Assembly (NCBI RefSeq): GCF_036365525.1
Contig: NC_090399.1
Span: forward strand, 20,160,529-20,224,528
Direction: 5' to 3'
Source of the DNA: Heterodontus francisci
Taxonomy: Eukaryota
Length of the DNA: 64,000 nt
In this document: piece by piece, positions 1 through 11,059 of the stretch
Layout of the letters: each line of letters starts with the position of its first letter
Numbering within the stretch: the stretch's first letter is position 1
Made by a program: the position numbers and the translations under genes
The notes under the pieces: generated by a model
What the model was told of the DNA's origin: nothing
The model's input: the letters and a program-made list of their open reading frames with translations, nothing else
The model's database searches: none

Positions 1-384
1 ACAGGGACAGACTCTGTGCCAGATACCTGTACCCCATTGCTTACCCCTGGTAAGTCGTCCCCCGAAACAGTATCCAAAACGGTATACCTGTTGTTGAGAG
101 AAACGGCCACAGGGGATCCCTGCACTGCCTGCTGGTTCCCTCTCCTTCCCCTGACGGTAACCCATCTACCTACTTCTTTTACCTGAGGTGTGACTACCTC
201 CCCATAACTCCTCTCAATAACCCCCTCCGCCTCCCGAATGATCCGAAGTTGCTCCAGCTCCAGTTCCCTAACGCGGTTCACGAGGAGCTGGAGTTGGGTG
301 CACTTCCCGCAGATGCAGTCAGCAGGTGCACTCTTGGCGACCCTTACCTCCCACATTCTGCAGGAGGAACATACAACTGCCTTA
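1..384 (-). mobile_element. CR1 LINE, 5' portion (ORF1 zinc-finger/leucine-zipper region), cut by the window edge; same insertion as 17432-21334
   Basis: Near-identical to 20945-21334 (6-bp indel near 250 plus a few SNPs) and has the same junction ...ctgcctta|acagactggtgtacgtc. Confidence 0.93.
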
Positions 385-529
385 ACAGACTGGTGTACGT
401 CAAGAATATCAATGTGATACCAAGAAACAACTGAAGACACTGGATGCTGCAAAGGCAATGGACCTTGACAACGTTCCGGCAATAGTACTGAAGACCAGTA
501 CCTGATATGAAATGTGACCCGTGGTAAGA

Positions 530-1110
530 TGGAATTTCTTCTGGAAATCGGTTTTGCAGGATGAATTTCCTGGAATATTTCCAGAATGTGTTGTGACAAG
601 GTCCCAGGCTCATAAGGTTAAACAAGATGAGATGGATTCAGATGTTTTCGAGGACAATTCCGATGTTTGGTTGGCTGAAATATTTTTCAGGGATTTGGAT
701 GAGGACATTGGTGTTAAAGGCTCCAAGGTTAACAATGGGGAATTGTTTAGCAGATCTCCCGTGATTTTGGGATACAACAGGCAGATCCTGATTTTAGGAG
801 CTTGTCTCAGGTGACCTGTTTTGAGCCACAGACTGAAAAGTTTTATTAGTGTTATTACGTCAAGAAAGATGAGGAAGTGGAGACCTCTCCGCTGATGAGG
901 ATTGGGCTGTAATCCATCAAATGGTTGTCCCTCCTTGCTATCATAGTGTAATTTAGAGAATTGCCAATGAAATCCCAGGTCATTTGTGTTTTCCAAAAAC
1001 TCAGGTTAGGGTAATGACATATTTTTACTAGCAAAGCTGCATCAGGATGTGGTTCACTATTGTAAGACATGCCACACATGTCAAATGGTTGGGATCCACA
1101 GCCTATATCT
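530..1110 (+). mobile_element. Degenerate Gypsy/Ty3 LTR-retrotransposon pol fragment (integrase zinc-binding region); recurs at ~21480, ~37005 and ~53660
   Basis: Broken frames give FPECVVTRSQ, RKWRP..ADEDW, GHL..KT and YCKTCHTCQMVG (HHCC-type motif). Confidence 0.7.
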
Positions 1111-1287
1111 TTTCCTTTGCCACCTATCTCAATAAAAGCAGATTTCCTTTCATTATCAAAAGTCTTTTCTTTCCAATTTCTCTGAAAGTTTCCAAATTGA
1201 GGCCTGTGACAACTGCTTTGTGAATCAATTCATAATCATGTGCTACTATTGCGGCTTCCTTTATTTTACAAACTTCATTTTTAAAAA

Positions 1288-1657
1288 TTTGTTTGTGGGA
1301 TGTGGGCGTTGCTGGCTAGGCCAGCATTTATTGCCCATCCCTAAATGCCTTTGAACTGAGTGGCTTGCGAGGCCATTTCAAAATGCTTTTTTGGGTCTGG
1401 AGTCACATGGAGGTCAGACCACGTAAGGATGGCAGATTTCCTTCCGAAAAGGACATTAGTTAAACAGATGGGTTTTTATAACAACTGACAAAGATTTCAT
1501 GGTCACCATTAAACTAGCTTTTTAATTCCAGAATTGTGAAGAAAATTCAAACTTCACCTTCACCTATGGTGGGATTCGATCCCATGTCCTCAGATTTTCA
1601 GTTTGTGCTCTGGAATACTAGTTTAATGACATTAACACTCTGCCGCGACCTCCCCCA
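1288..1657 (-). mobile_element. tRNA-derived SINE with CR1-like tail, diverged; copies at ~37770-38138 and ~54425-54794, truncated in unit 2
   Basis: The minus strand has a B-box-like ggatcgaatcccacc near 1570-1585 and a tail gggatgggcaataaatgctggcctagccagc, as I recall for shark CR1/SINE 3' ends. Confidence 0.6.
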
Positions 1658-3084
1658 TGTTGCTTCATTTGGAAACTTATTCCTGAACAAATAATATGTT
1701 TCAAATCTTCCATCAGAATTACTTCCCTCAGGCTCTCAAAGTCTTGTGCAATCTTTATTGACCTATACCACCTATCAAATTCAATCGTGTCTTTCAACAG
1801 GAAATAGGAGAAATACTTGAAGGGAAAAGAAATGGGAGTAGAGGGGGAAAGGACCGGATGTGGGACTAGATAAATTGCTCTTGCAGAGAGTAGGCACGGG
1901 CTTGATGGGCCGAATCACCTCCTTCACGAGGAGTGACGGCGCCCATTAAGGCCCGATCACTCACTAATCGAGGAAGAGGTCTTGCAAATAAAGATGAGTG
2001 TTGAGGCTGGAGGACACATCCTGCAGGTTTCTTGTCTAATTTACAGTGTGCCCGTTCTGAACGAAATCTCACACTGACACACAATGCATCGCAAAATTCA
2101 GCTGCTTTCAGCTGACGCTCATCAGTCTTTGCTTGACCTCAGTCCTAAATACTAATTCTTGACCTTCTGTTCTATTTCAGGGCAATGGAATGTGCCCAGA
2201 ACCTGAGGTGTGGGAAATGGGTTGCACTTGTGATCATGCAGAAGCACCCACGCTTACTTCCGCAAGCATCAGCTCAGAGACTTGCATTGCCAGTACTTTA
2301 GTTGGTATGCAAGATGGTTATGGACTGTTCGACTCAAGGAGCACCAGAGAATGGAAAATGGGTAGCGTGATTGGATGGTTAGTAAGGGGCTTTCTGTAGG
2401 AAGAGCTAACATCTTAAAGAGCACAGCTGAAGATTTCGAGGACACAGTCAACATTCAAAAACTGATTCCTATTTACCAGGGCTATTTCAGTGCTTTGGGC
2501 AGCCTGCCTGCGATTCGACACACAATGACAGAGAGCATGGAAAAATCCAGCTCCAGCTATTGGTGGGCGGGGTGTGGGGGTGGGGGGCGCGAGAGGGGGA
2601 GGCGTGTGTGTTTGTGAGGGGTGGGGTGGGCGTGTGAATGGATCATTCAGAACGGTTTTAACACCTTAATGTCGAGAATGGAGTGAGACAATTGAAGTCA
2701 ACGGAACTGAGTATTGGAAGGGGCGCATAAAGGGCAGTCGATTCCATGCCACCCACATTGCTTTCATGCCAAAGGCGAACTATTATCCTGTCGATACATA
2801 GACTGCTTTAGGGAAATAGCAGATCCACCTTGTATTCCTGCTGATTTATATTATTCCTTTTTAGTAATGCATCAAAGACAGCCTGCGCTACAATTAAACT
2901 GCTTCTTACAATACAGACATCAACAACGACCTGCGGGGCACAAACCAGGCAGAACCACTTTTGCTGCCTTTTCTTCCAGATGCCGCTATTCAGTGCTATT
3001 GAAGTCAAGTAGATTGAATATCGGTAGGGGCGTGTAACAAGCCACCAATGCAATGCCACCTGCTTTGTCAATATCCACCCCCGT

Positions 3085-3400
3085 GTACTTGTATGGCATG
3101 TTTAATGCAGAAAACCATCCCAAAGCACTTCAGAGAGGCCGAATCAAATAATAATAGATATTGAACCAAGAGTAATTCTGAGAATAGGATTGGTCAAAAA
3201 GGTGAGTGTCAGGGACTGTCTTGAAGGAGTTGAGGGATAGTAAGGTGGAGCGGTTTAGAGCAGCAATTCCACAGAGCGGGTGTCTGTGGCTCCAGGTTTG
3301 ACAGCAAGAGGGGATCGAGTCTTTGCTGAAGATGTCGTAATTGAAGAGGGAGGACAGTTGGGATGTTAGGCATGGAGCAGGTCAAAGGGATAGAAAGAGA
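3085..3400 (-). mobile_element. Old L2-like LINE 3' fragment upstream of the gene (all units)
   Basis: Reverse-complement similarity to the L2-like 3' end at 11100-11345 (ttggtcaaa...ggtttag...aattccacagagc). Confidence 0.5.
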
Positions 3401-3916
3401 GAATAGGCTGAAGATCAGGGAGGGTGGCTAATCGGAACCTGGACAGTAATAATCGGCGTAGCTTTGACGTTAGACCATTGTGTCAAACCTGTGGTACGGA
3501 CTGCACCACTCGGGAAGAAGCTCTCCTGATTTTTATTTCCAACAAAGTCAAAATTACCCCACTTAGCTCTGCTGGCGTCAAAGGCATGAACCAGGGTTTG
3601 AACGTCTGATGCATTGACGAAAAGCTAGAGTTCGACAACATTAAGACAGTGAAACTTGTCGGTCTATATTCACTTCTCGGTTCAACCTAAACACAATGTC
3701 CCATTAACGCTGAGCTGCTGTGATCAAAATGCAGCAACGGAGCAAGAGTCTCAGAGGCGAGGATTTTTTCAGTCTGAGATTGCACACTGTTTTTAACTCT
3801 CTGGGGATCGGGGAGTTCACGTTAATTGCTGGTTTATGAAGAGATGTAGTAACTTGTTTGTTTGAAAGCATCTAGCTAATGACACCGGTTCTGTGACCTC
3901 ACTCTCTCACTGGACG

Positions 3917-3933
3917 ATTGGCTCGTGTACAAA
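3917..3933 (+). promoter_or_regulatory. Putative core promoter of copy 1 (inverted CCAAT ATTGG plus TACAAA at the TATA position)
   Basis: 60 nt upstream of the ATG; the aligned site is TATAAA in copies 2 and 4. Confidence 0.35.
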
Positions 3934-3987
3934 TGAGGTTGTTTCAGTGCATTGCCTCGCATCTACCGCTCCTGGTTTTCGAAGAAA

Positions 3988-4051
3988 ATGGGACGACAGG
4001 CACTTCCGATAGAAATGTTGTATCCTATTCTCGCAGTTATTGGCATTCCTG
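3988..4051 (+). CDS. GPR139/GPR142-like GPCR copy 1, coding exon 1 (MGRQALPIEMLYPILAVIGIP + 1 nt)
   Basis: aaaATGg Kozak context and donor G|gtaagt at 4052. Splicing to 6122 restores TM1 GIPANLL (human GPR139 has GLPANIL). Confidence 0.9.
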
Positions 4052-4470
4052 GTAAGTAATTCGAAACTATCCTGAAAAATTTAGTGCACCATTGCTAAAC
4101 TGCATTATTATTTTCCCTGTGTGTTTTTGTTATTGTCGTTGTTGTCTTTGTGGCGGTAATTTGCATTGGCCAGGTGGAAAGGACGATCAATAGAATGCTC
4201 GCCCATTGATGAGCTCGTCCGATTTTGGTCCCCTTTGATGTTTATGTTAATGGCTCAGTCCTGTTCTGTACCACTGGGCGGGCAGTCAATCCCTCCGCAT
4301 AACAAAGTGAAAATGGACCCTGTGTCATTTGGACTGAGCAGTGGCTCTGTCGGTCGCAATCTCTGCTTTGAGTCGGATAATCTTGCGTTTCCCTCCCATT
4401 TCAGTGAGTTGAGTTCATACTGTAAGCTGCCATTTCGGTGCAATATTGATGAAGTGATGCTATTTTGTCG

Positions 4471-5235
4471 AATCATAGAATGGTTACAGCACAGAAGGAA
4501 ACCATTCATCACGTCGTGTCCATGCCAGTTCTCAGGGAGTGCAGCACAGCTCGTCCCATTCCCTAGTCTTTCCCCCTGAGCCCAGCATTTCTCACTTCAG
4601 ATAAATATTCTATTCCCTTTTGAAAGCCACAATTCAATCTGCCTTCACCACACTCTCAGGCAGTGGATGCCAGATCCGAACCATTCACTGCATAAGATAA
4701 CTTTTCCTCCCCTTTGATTCTTTCACCAAACACTTTAAATCGGTGTCCTCTGATTCTCGACCCTCCCGCCAATGGCAACAGTTTCTCTCTATCTATTCTG
4801 TCCTGTCCCCCTCATGATTTTGAATACCTCTATCAAATCTCCTCTCAATTATCTCTTCTTTAAGCAGAATAGTCCCAACAGAACAGTAAATGAAGTCCCT
4901 CATCCCCAGAACCATTTTGTAAATATTTTCTGCACGCTCTTCAATGCTTTCACGTCCTTCCTAAAGTGTGGTGCCCAGAATTGTATAGAATACTCCAGCT
5001 GAGGCCGAGCCAGTGTTTTATAATGGCCCGACATTAACTTCCTTGCTTTTCTACCCTATGCTGCGATCTATAAAGCCCAGGATCCGTAATCCTTATTTAC
5101 CAATTTCTCAACCTGACCTGTCACCTTCAACGATTTGTGCTCATACACCCGTCCCCCACATCCCCGCCAGAACCCTCTGCTCCTGCACCTTCTTTAGAAT
5201 TGTTTATCCATTATTTTATATTTCCTTTCCTCATT
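4471..5235 (-). mobile_element. Intronic CR1 LINE 3' fragment (RT C-terminus plus tail); copies at ~24321, ~40945 and ~57598
   Basis: The minus strand encodes YKTLARPQLEYSIQFWAPHFRKDVKALKRVQK, homologous to YKTLVRPHLEYCVQFWSPH in the 863-aa CR1 ORF2. Confidence 0.85.
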
Positions 5236-6121
5236 CTTAAAATCATCTTTTTATGAGACGTTAAAAAGTAACTGATTTAATTTTAATAAAAATGCAGTAC
5301 TGGTTCAGCTGGATACAATCGTCATACTGCTAAATGTTGAATTAAATCTCAAACTATTCACGTATGGGGTAATTTTCACTTTGTATTAACATCAATGTGC
5401 AAGAAAGACGGAAGGGCTGTAAAATACGGGGCCCATTTGATATCAATTGCTTTTGGTTTTTTTTGCACGGCAATGAAAGTTAAAAATGTTCCCAAGGTTT
5501 CTATTTGCATTGAAAGGGAGATAAAACAGCATTAATCAGTAATAGGCAAGGAATGTTTATACGTTTTAACCTCATCGAACCGTAAAAAACTGATTGCATT
5601 GGATGAAACTCTGATTTTACCTGTCGCCCGATTTTCTTCTCTATTGAAGTCACTGTGAACAACATTGGACGGAACGAGCATCCCATAGAATCCGTCAGCA
5701 TCCGGCCCAGCAAGTTACTTCCAAATGGCTCCCATTAATGTTTTCATATTAGAATATCTTGAAGTTACCGCAGGGAAAAAATGTCTGGCAAGAAGATGGG
5801 GAAGTTTGCAGCAGCTGCTATGTGACAATTTATTCCAATCCAGGTTAACTATTAGCTATATTGTGCAATGGGTAATACTGAATTCACCGCCCCTTGTACA
5901 TTCAGCCTGTTACTCTCTTCCAATGACTTCCATGGAAAAAAAATGGATGGCCAATTAGATACCGCTATTTGACCCGGTCACACATGGCTAAAATTACCCC
6001 CGGTTCCTCCACCCCACAACTCCCAGCCTTATGATGCTTAACACCAGATTTCCAACTTGCTGTCAGTGTACATCTCTGTTGAATTTTTCTGTTAAATTTC
6101 CTGTTTTTGCATTTCTCCTAG

Positions 6122-7020
6122 CAAACCTGCTGTCATTTCTGGTTCTTTTCCAAAGGAAATGCGGTCTTTCCAAAGGAATCACTCATTATATGATGGCCAT
6201 GGCCGTGGGAGAACTCATGGTCCTTATCTTTAATGTTATTGTGAGCCAAATCATCAAGTATCATTTTCCAGATTCATTGCTGAACTACACTTCCACGTGT
6301 CGTTTTACTGTCTTCATGCAAGGGTTTAGCATTCAGCTCTCTATCTGGTTCACAATGTCGTTCACCTTTGACCGTTTTGTTGCAATTTGTTGCCAGAAAT
6401 TGAAATCAAGATATTGCACCGAAAGGACAGCCACCATGGTTGTAACGGCCATGTGTGTGCTCAACATTTTGATCAATATTCCCATGCCTTTCCGCTATGA
6501 GCCCGATTATATTCTCAACAATATACAGTGGGGCTGCCGCACCATCACAGGATATTTTACTTCACCCGCATGGAAGGTTCACCAATGGATTACCAATCTC
6601 TCAAGTACATTACTTCCAATTCCTTTGCTGCTGCTGTTGAACTCTCTCACCGTCAGGCACATTTTATTAGCCAGTAGAGCTCGCAAAGCCCTGAAGAGCA
6701 ACAACAATGGAAAAACCGGCAGTGATCCCGAGATGAAGAACAGAAGAACATCCATCATTCTACTCTTTGCTATCTCGGGCACTTTTATTGTGTTGTCGGC
6801 GCCTATTACCGTAATACACATCTGTGTCGGTGTCACACAGACACTCGATTTCCAAGGTTCAAACTCACTTTATTTGGCAATTAGAATCACATTTCTGTTG
6901 ATGTGCACCAGCTCCTGTACAAACACTTGTATTTATGCACTGACACAGAGGAGATTCAGAGCGGAGATCAAAAATATGGTGAAATATCCGTATTATCTCA
7001 TTGTTAAATTATTTAAATAA
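6122..7020 (+). CDS. GPR139/GPR142-like class A GPCR copy 1 (type A), coding exon 2; spliced gene 3988-7020, 320 aa
   Basis: Polypyrimidine tract plus ctag acceptor at 6120-6121. Seven hydrophobic helices once spliced, SIWFT..FTFDRF (GPR139 SIWIT..LTIDRY), LLLNSL in TM5, NTCIY..RRFR. 64+899 nt = 321 codons, no internal stop. Confidence 0.95.
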
Positions 7021-7026
7021 TTGTTG

Positions 7027-7032
7027 AATAAA
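7027..7032 (+). other. Candidate polyadenylation signal AATAAA (a second one at 7305-7310); both conserved in all copies
   Basis: Hexamer downstream of the stop codon; usage cannot be tested from sequence. Confidence 0.3.
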
Positions 7033-7334
7033 GTAAGTGATATCAAACTTCAATTAATTGCCTGGCATTTACTTTGCAACTTTGCACAATGTCTTTTAAA
7101 GTTCTAAGGGCAACACAACCCACAGTTTGGAAGAGTCCACTTGATTTATAAATTCCACTAAGAATTTGAATAAGTTGAGGAGGCAGAATCATCCCCTTCA
7201 AAATTTCCGGTTATGGTTGTTTATCCGGTTATTAATGTCCACGCACTTGGAATGACGAATTGGAGGATGATGTGACATAGCAGAGCGCCTTGACAGGTTC
7301 AAATAATAAAGATCTTTCAACACACTGACATCCG

Positions 7335-8470
7335 AATTTGGAGCAGGAGTAGGCCTGTCATTCCTTCAAGCCTGCTCCGCCATTTGATAAGATCATGGCA
7401 GATCTGGTTATGGCCTCAAATTTCCTGTCTACCTGATGTAATTTTGACTCCCTTATCAATCAGGATTCTATCTAAAACAGCACCTCAAGAGTCAGATCAC
7501 CATGAAATACAATGGGATATTGTGTTTGATGGCAGATGTTATGGAATATAAATATCGAGATTTAGTGGTGAATCTCTCCCAGACTTTTGTGAGACCAAAC
7601 CCGCAGTATTTTGTGCTGTTTTGGACTCAACACTGTTGGCCAATTTGGATGTAATAGTGAGGACACAGCGTAGTAAACTCACTAGCATGATGTCGGACAT
7701 GAATAAATCCAAATATGAAAAATGAGTTCGTTCTCAATCAGAAGAGAAGAGATTTCAGGCTGAATTAATAGAGATGGTTGCAGTAATGAAAGCCTGGAGC
7801 AGAATAGATAGATGCAACGATTGATGGGTCTATCAGCAGTGAACATAGATCTTGAGAGTAAATGAAAGAGATTTAGGACAGAGAACAGAAGAAACTTTGT
7901 GACACCTAGAATTGTGAAGCTGTGACTTGGATTTTTGGAGTTATTGATTGAAGCAGAGACTGTGACAACTTTAACGGGTTTGATATGATGTTTCAAGATC
8001 AATGAATAAAGTAATATTGGAGCAGTGCGACCAGATATGATTAAAACTATTGCTTATGTAGATGACAAATACAGATGTGGGTTGATCTGCCCCAACGACC
8101 TGCTTTCGTGTTGCAATTTCTATGAAATTCATTTTTTCATGTGGTAATTGATTTGTTTTCTTGTGCTGGCAAGACTTCATGTTTGGCCAATTCCTTGCAG
8201 CCCTGAGGATGTGATGGCCAGCCTTCAATTTTACCTGCTGCTCTCCTTCTGATGGTGCAGCAGCGATGATGCCAGGAAGGGAATCCCAGGATACAGATAC
8301 AGCGACCATGAACAAATTGTGACATATGTCTAAGCTAGAATGGTATGTGACTTACAAATGATGATGTTCCAATGACATTTTGTTCCTGTGCTTCTCGGTG
8401 GGAGAGGTTGCAGGTGAGGAAGTTGCTGTCGAATTAAACTTGATGGTTTGCTGCAGTGCATCCGATAAAC
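7335..8470. mobile_element. Cluster of old CR1 3'-end fragments (~7335-7435 minus, ~7780-8125 plus, ~8190-8470 minus); present in all units
   Basis: Recognisable tail text ggagcaggagtaggcc...gcctgctccgccatttgataagatcatggc, and RFRTENRRNF resembling RYRTDVRGSFF of ORF2. Confidence 0.55.
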
Positions 8471-10316
8471 TGTATTTTCAGGAACCATTGTGTGTCAGCT
8501 GCAGAGGGAAGGACACTGAGCTCAGGGACATGGGCACTGATGAAGGGAACTGCTCTGTCCCATATGAGATTGAGCTTCTGGAGTTGTATAGTTCCTGCAC
8601 CCATCCTGTCGATTGGTCTATATTCCCTCACACACCTGACTTGTGGCCTTTCCTTGATGTTGAGGATTTGGAACGGGATCGGGGTGAAGGGAGAGGTGCG
8701 AGCGGATGTGTGCCACTCGGAGACGCCGTGGTACTGATAGTTAGCAGGTAAAACAATATCAAATTGATGCAGTACGTATTGCTCTTCTGAGATTTCAACT
8801 GAAGAAATGGGATGCAGCAGAGCAGAGGAAGTTTTTTCTGTCTCCATTTAAGCTGTGCTCCAGCTGACCTCAGCGTGTCTCCACGCAAAACTATGAAAGT
8901 TCTTGGCAATGCTTTCAAGCTCAATCAGGCTGATCGTATAAAGCATTCTGTTCTCTCATTAATAGTGAATCTTTTACAAAGGCAATGAATAAACCGTGTC
9001 TGGTGTCTACCTCAACATGGTGCGGGGTTGGCACCCCAACGTTCTCCCGACGTCGGGTTCCCGACCCCCAGAAGGAAAATCCTTTTCACCAAAAGGAGGC
9101 ACGGTTGACTTGGCAACAAGTCCACTGTCACACTGAGGCCCTGTCACTAACTGAAAAACGACAGGTGGGAAAACTTCCAGCGCTCTCGACAAGTCTTTTC
9201 TTTTCCCCTTGCAGAACCTGTGTTTCCAGTTTTTATTAAACTTTCTGTCGTTTGGAAATCCCACAGACGATGTTCCAATCTTCATTCTCAATATGGATGG
9301 GATAACCAGCGGGATTCCTGCAGAAATAATTTCCCTATCCCTCTCCACGTTATGGCAGGAGATGGGGAAACCCACCCACAACCACATCCTCTCCCACCCA
9401 TTGGAAATTCCATCCCTCAAAAATGTTTCCTCTGGCAGAATATTTCGGAGCTGTGTCATATTGTTCTTGTATTTGACAGAGAGTTGGACCTTGTGATTGA
9501 GAAACTGCAGGTCTGTTTCAGGCCGTTGACCCAATATAAATGGCCTCCTTCATTTTGCAGCACATCTCATGACCTTGGGTTTCTACTTGCTTTTGGCTTG
9601 ACCAACTGTTCTCGTTTCGCCCTCGTTCCTGCTCTCGAGCAGTGGCTTTTACTGAATTTTCTTTTCTTCACATAACACAGATATGACATGATCACCCATT
9701 TTGCAGCATTATCCAAAGTTAAAATTGCACCGCCACCACCGCACAAATCCCCTCATCCCTCGCTCAGTTCCAATCCTAGAAGAAACCATTCTGTCCTTTT
9801 TCAGCGTGGTAGCATTCTTGCCTCCTCGTCAGAACGTCACCAGAGACATAAACGCACAATCTAGGCTGCCGCTCCAGTGAGGGAGTGCTGCACTGTCGTA
9901 GGTGCTATCTTGTGGATGAGACATTAAACCAAGGCCCTGCCTGCCCTCTCAGGTGGACGGAAAAGACGCTGTGTCACTATTTTAAGGACTTCACCCCTTC
10001 CTCGGCTCTTCGGCTGCTGAACCCCTCATCCAGGACTTTGTTACCTCTAGACTTGACTATTCCAATGTTCTTCCGACCAGTCTCCCACATTCTTCCCTCA
10101 TAAATTTGAGGGCATCCGAAACCTTGCTCCCCACGTCTGAACTCACACCAAGTCCTGTTCACCAACACCCCTGTGTTTGCTTACTTATTTTGGCTATCAG
10201 TTTAGTAATAACTTGATTTTAAAATTCCCATCCTTGTTTTCAAAGGCCACCATGGTCTCACCCCTCCCTATCTCTGTAATCTCCTACAGCCCCACAACCC
10301 TCTGGGATATCTACAC

Positions 10317-11059
10317 TGCCCGACCTGAACTCGATGGGACCTGACATGTGTCTGGTGCGGGTTGGGTCACTCTTCTGGGCCCGGTTTTCGGGCTCATGTC
10401 GGGTCTGAGTCAGACACACACAGTATTAATTGGACTTGAAAGGTTGTTTAAAAGGATTAAGATTGGAGCCATGAAGTCAGTGATTGTTTGGTCACAAGTT
10501 AAACAGAAACCCATGGAGTTGTGCCCATTCAGGTTGTGCCACGCTGTACCAGTATCCGCATTGCTTAAAATAAAAACCTCAATTGCCCGAAGGCTCAGAA
10601 AATATCATTATACATTAACTAGACACCTGCTTTACAGGTCGAAATACTTGCTGTAAGTTTATCCAGTGAGCAGCTGAGATGCCGAGGCCAGGAAAGTCCT
10701 GAGTGATTAATTATTATTACAGTACTGTATTGTATATGTGGTAGAATGGAGTCCTGACAGTGATCATTTTATATTTTTTTATATAAATACTGTATATTTT
10801 ATAATAATTAATCTCTCAGGACCTTCCTGGTCTCTGCATCTCAGCTGCTCACTGGATAAACTTGTAGCAAGTATTTCAACTGAAAAAGTGAAAAACAGAT
10901 TCGGAGTTGGAAGGTAGGTAAAGTGAACATTCCGTTGGTCGGGTTGGGTCGGACTCGGGTCGGGTTGGGCATGGGAAAAAATGGAAGGACTCAGACCAGG
11001 TTGGGCTCGGGTACGATGTGGTTCTGTTGTTTTTTTTTTCAGACCCGAGCAGGCCTTTC
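10317..11059. mobile_element. Non-autonomous hAT-like DNA transposon (MITE); copies at 30179-30910, 46794-47525 and from 63814
   Basis: Subterminal CCCGAC/GTCGGG motif clusters at both ends; 8-bp target-site-like duplication atctacac / atct(c/a)cgc (7/8 match in units 2 and 3); interrupts a contiguous L2 sequence. Confidence 0.6.
10641..10877. repeat. Long inverted repeat (~77-bp arms, AT-rich loop); copies at 30492-30728 and 47107-47343
   Basis: gaaatacttgctgtaagtttatccagtgagcagctgagatgc... pairs with ...gcatctcagctgctcactggataaacttgtagcaagtatttc. Confidence 0.92.

Noticed and set aside
2560-2635. G-rich tracts (also 16820-16860 and 22410-22470) as functional G-quadruplexes
   Set aside because: Length and sequence vary between units like simple low-complexity DNA, with no supporting evidence of function.
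6031-6121. N-terminal extensions of the 329/320-aa ORFs in the track (also 25917, 42505, 59554)
   Set aside because: Intronic read-through: starts differ between copies, an indel and a SINE fall in this region, and a conserved acceptor plus upstream exon 1 give the correct TM1.
6579-6836. 85-aa antisense ORF conserved in all four copies
   Set aside because: Shadow of the GPCR coding strand in recent duplicates, with no independent coding signal.
3988-7020. Assigning the symbol GPR139 (true orthologue) or calling these olfactory receptors
   Set aside because: Similarity to GPR139 is at motif level only, the genes are multi-copy, and OR signatures (MAYDRYVAIC, KAFSTC, PMLNPFIY) are absent.
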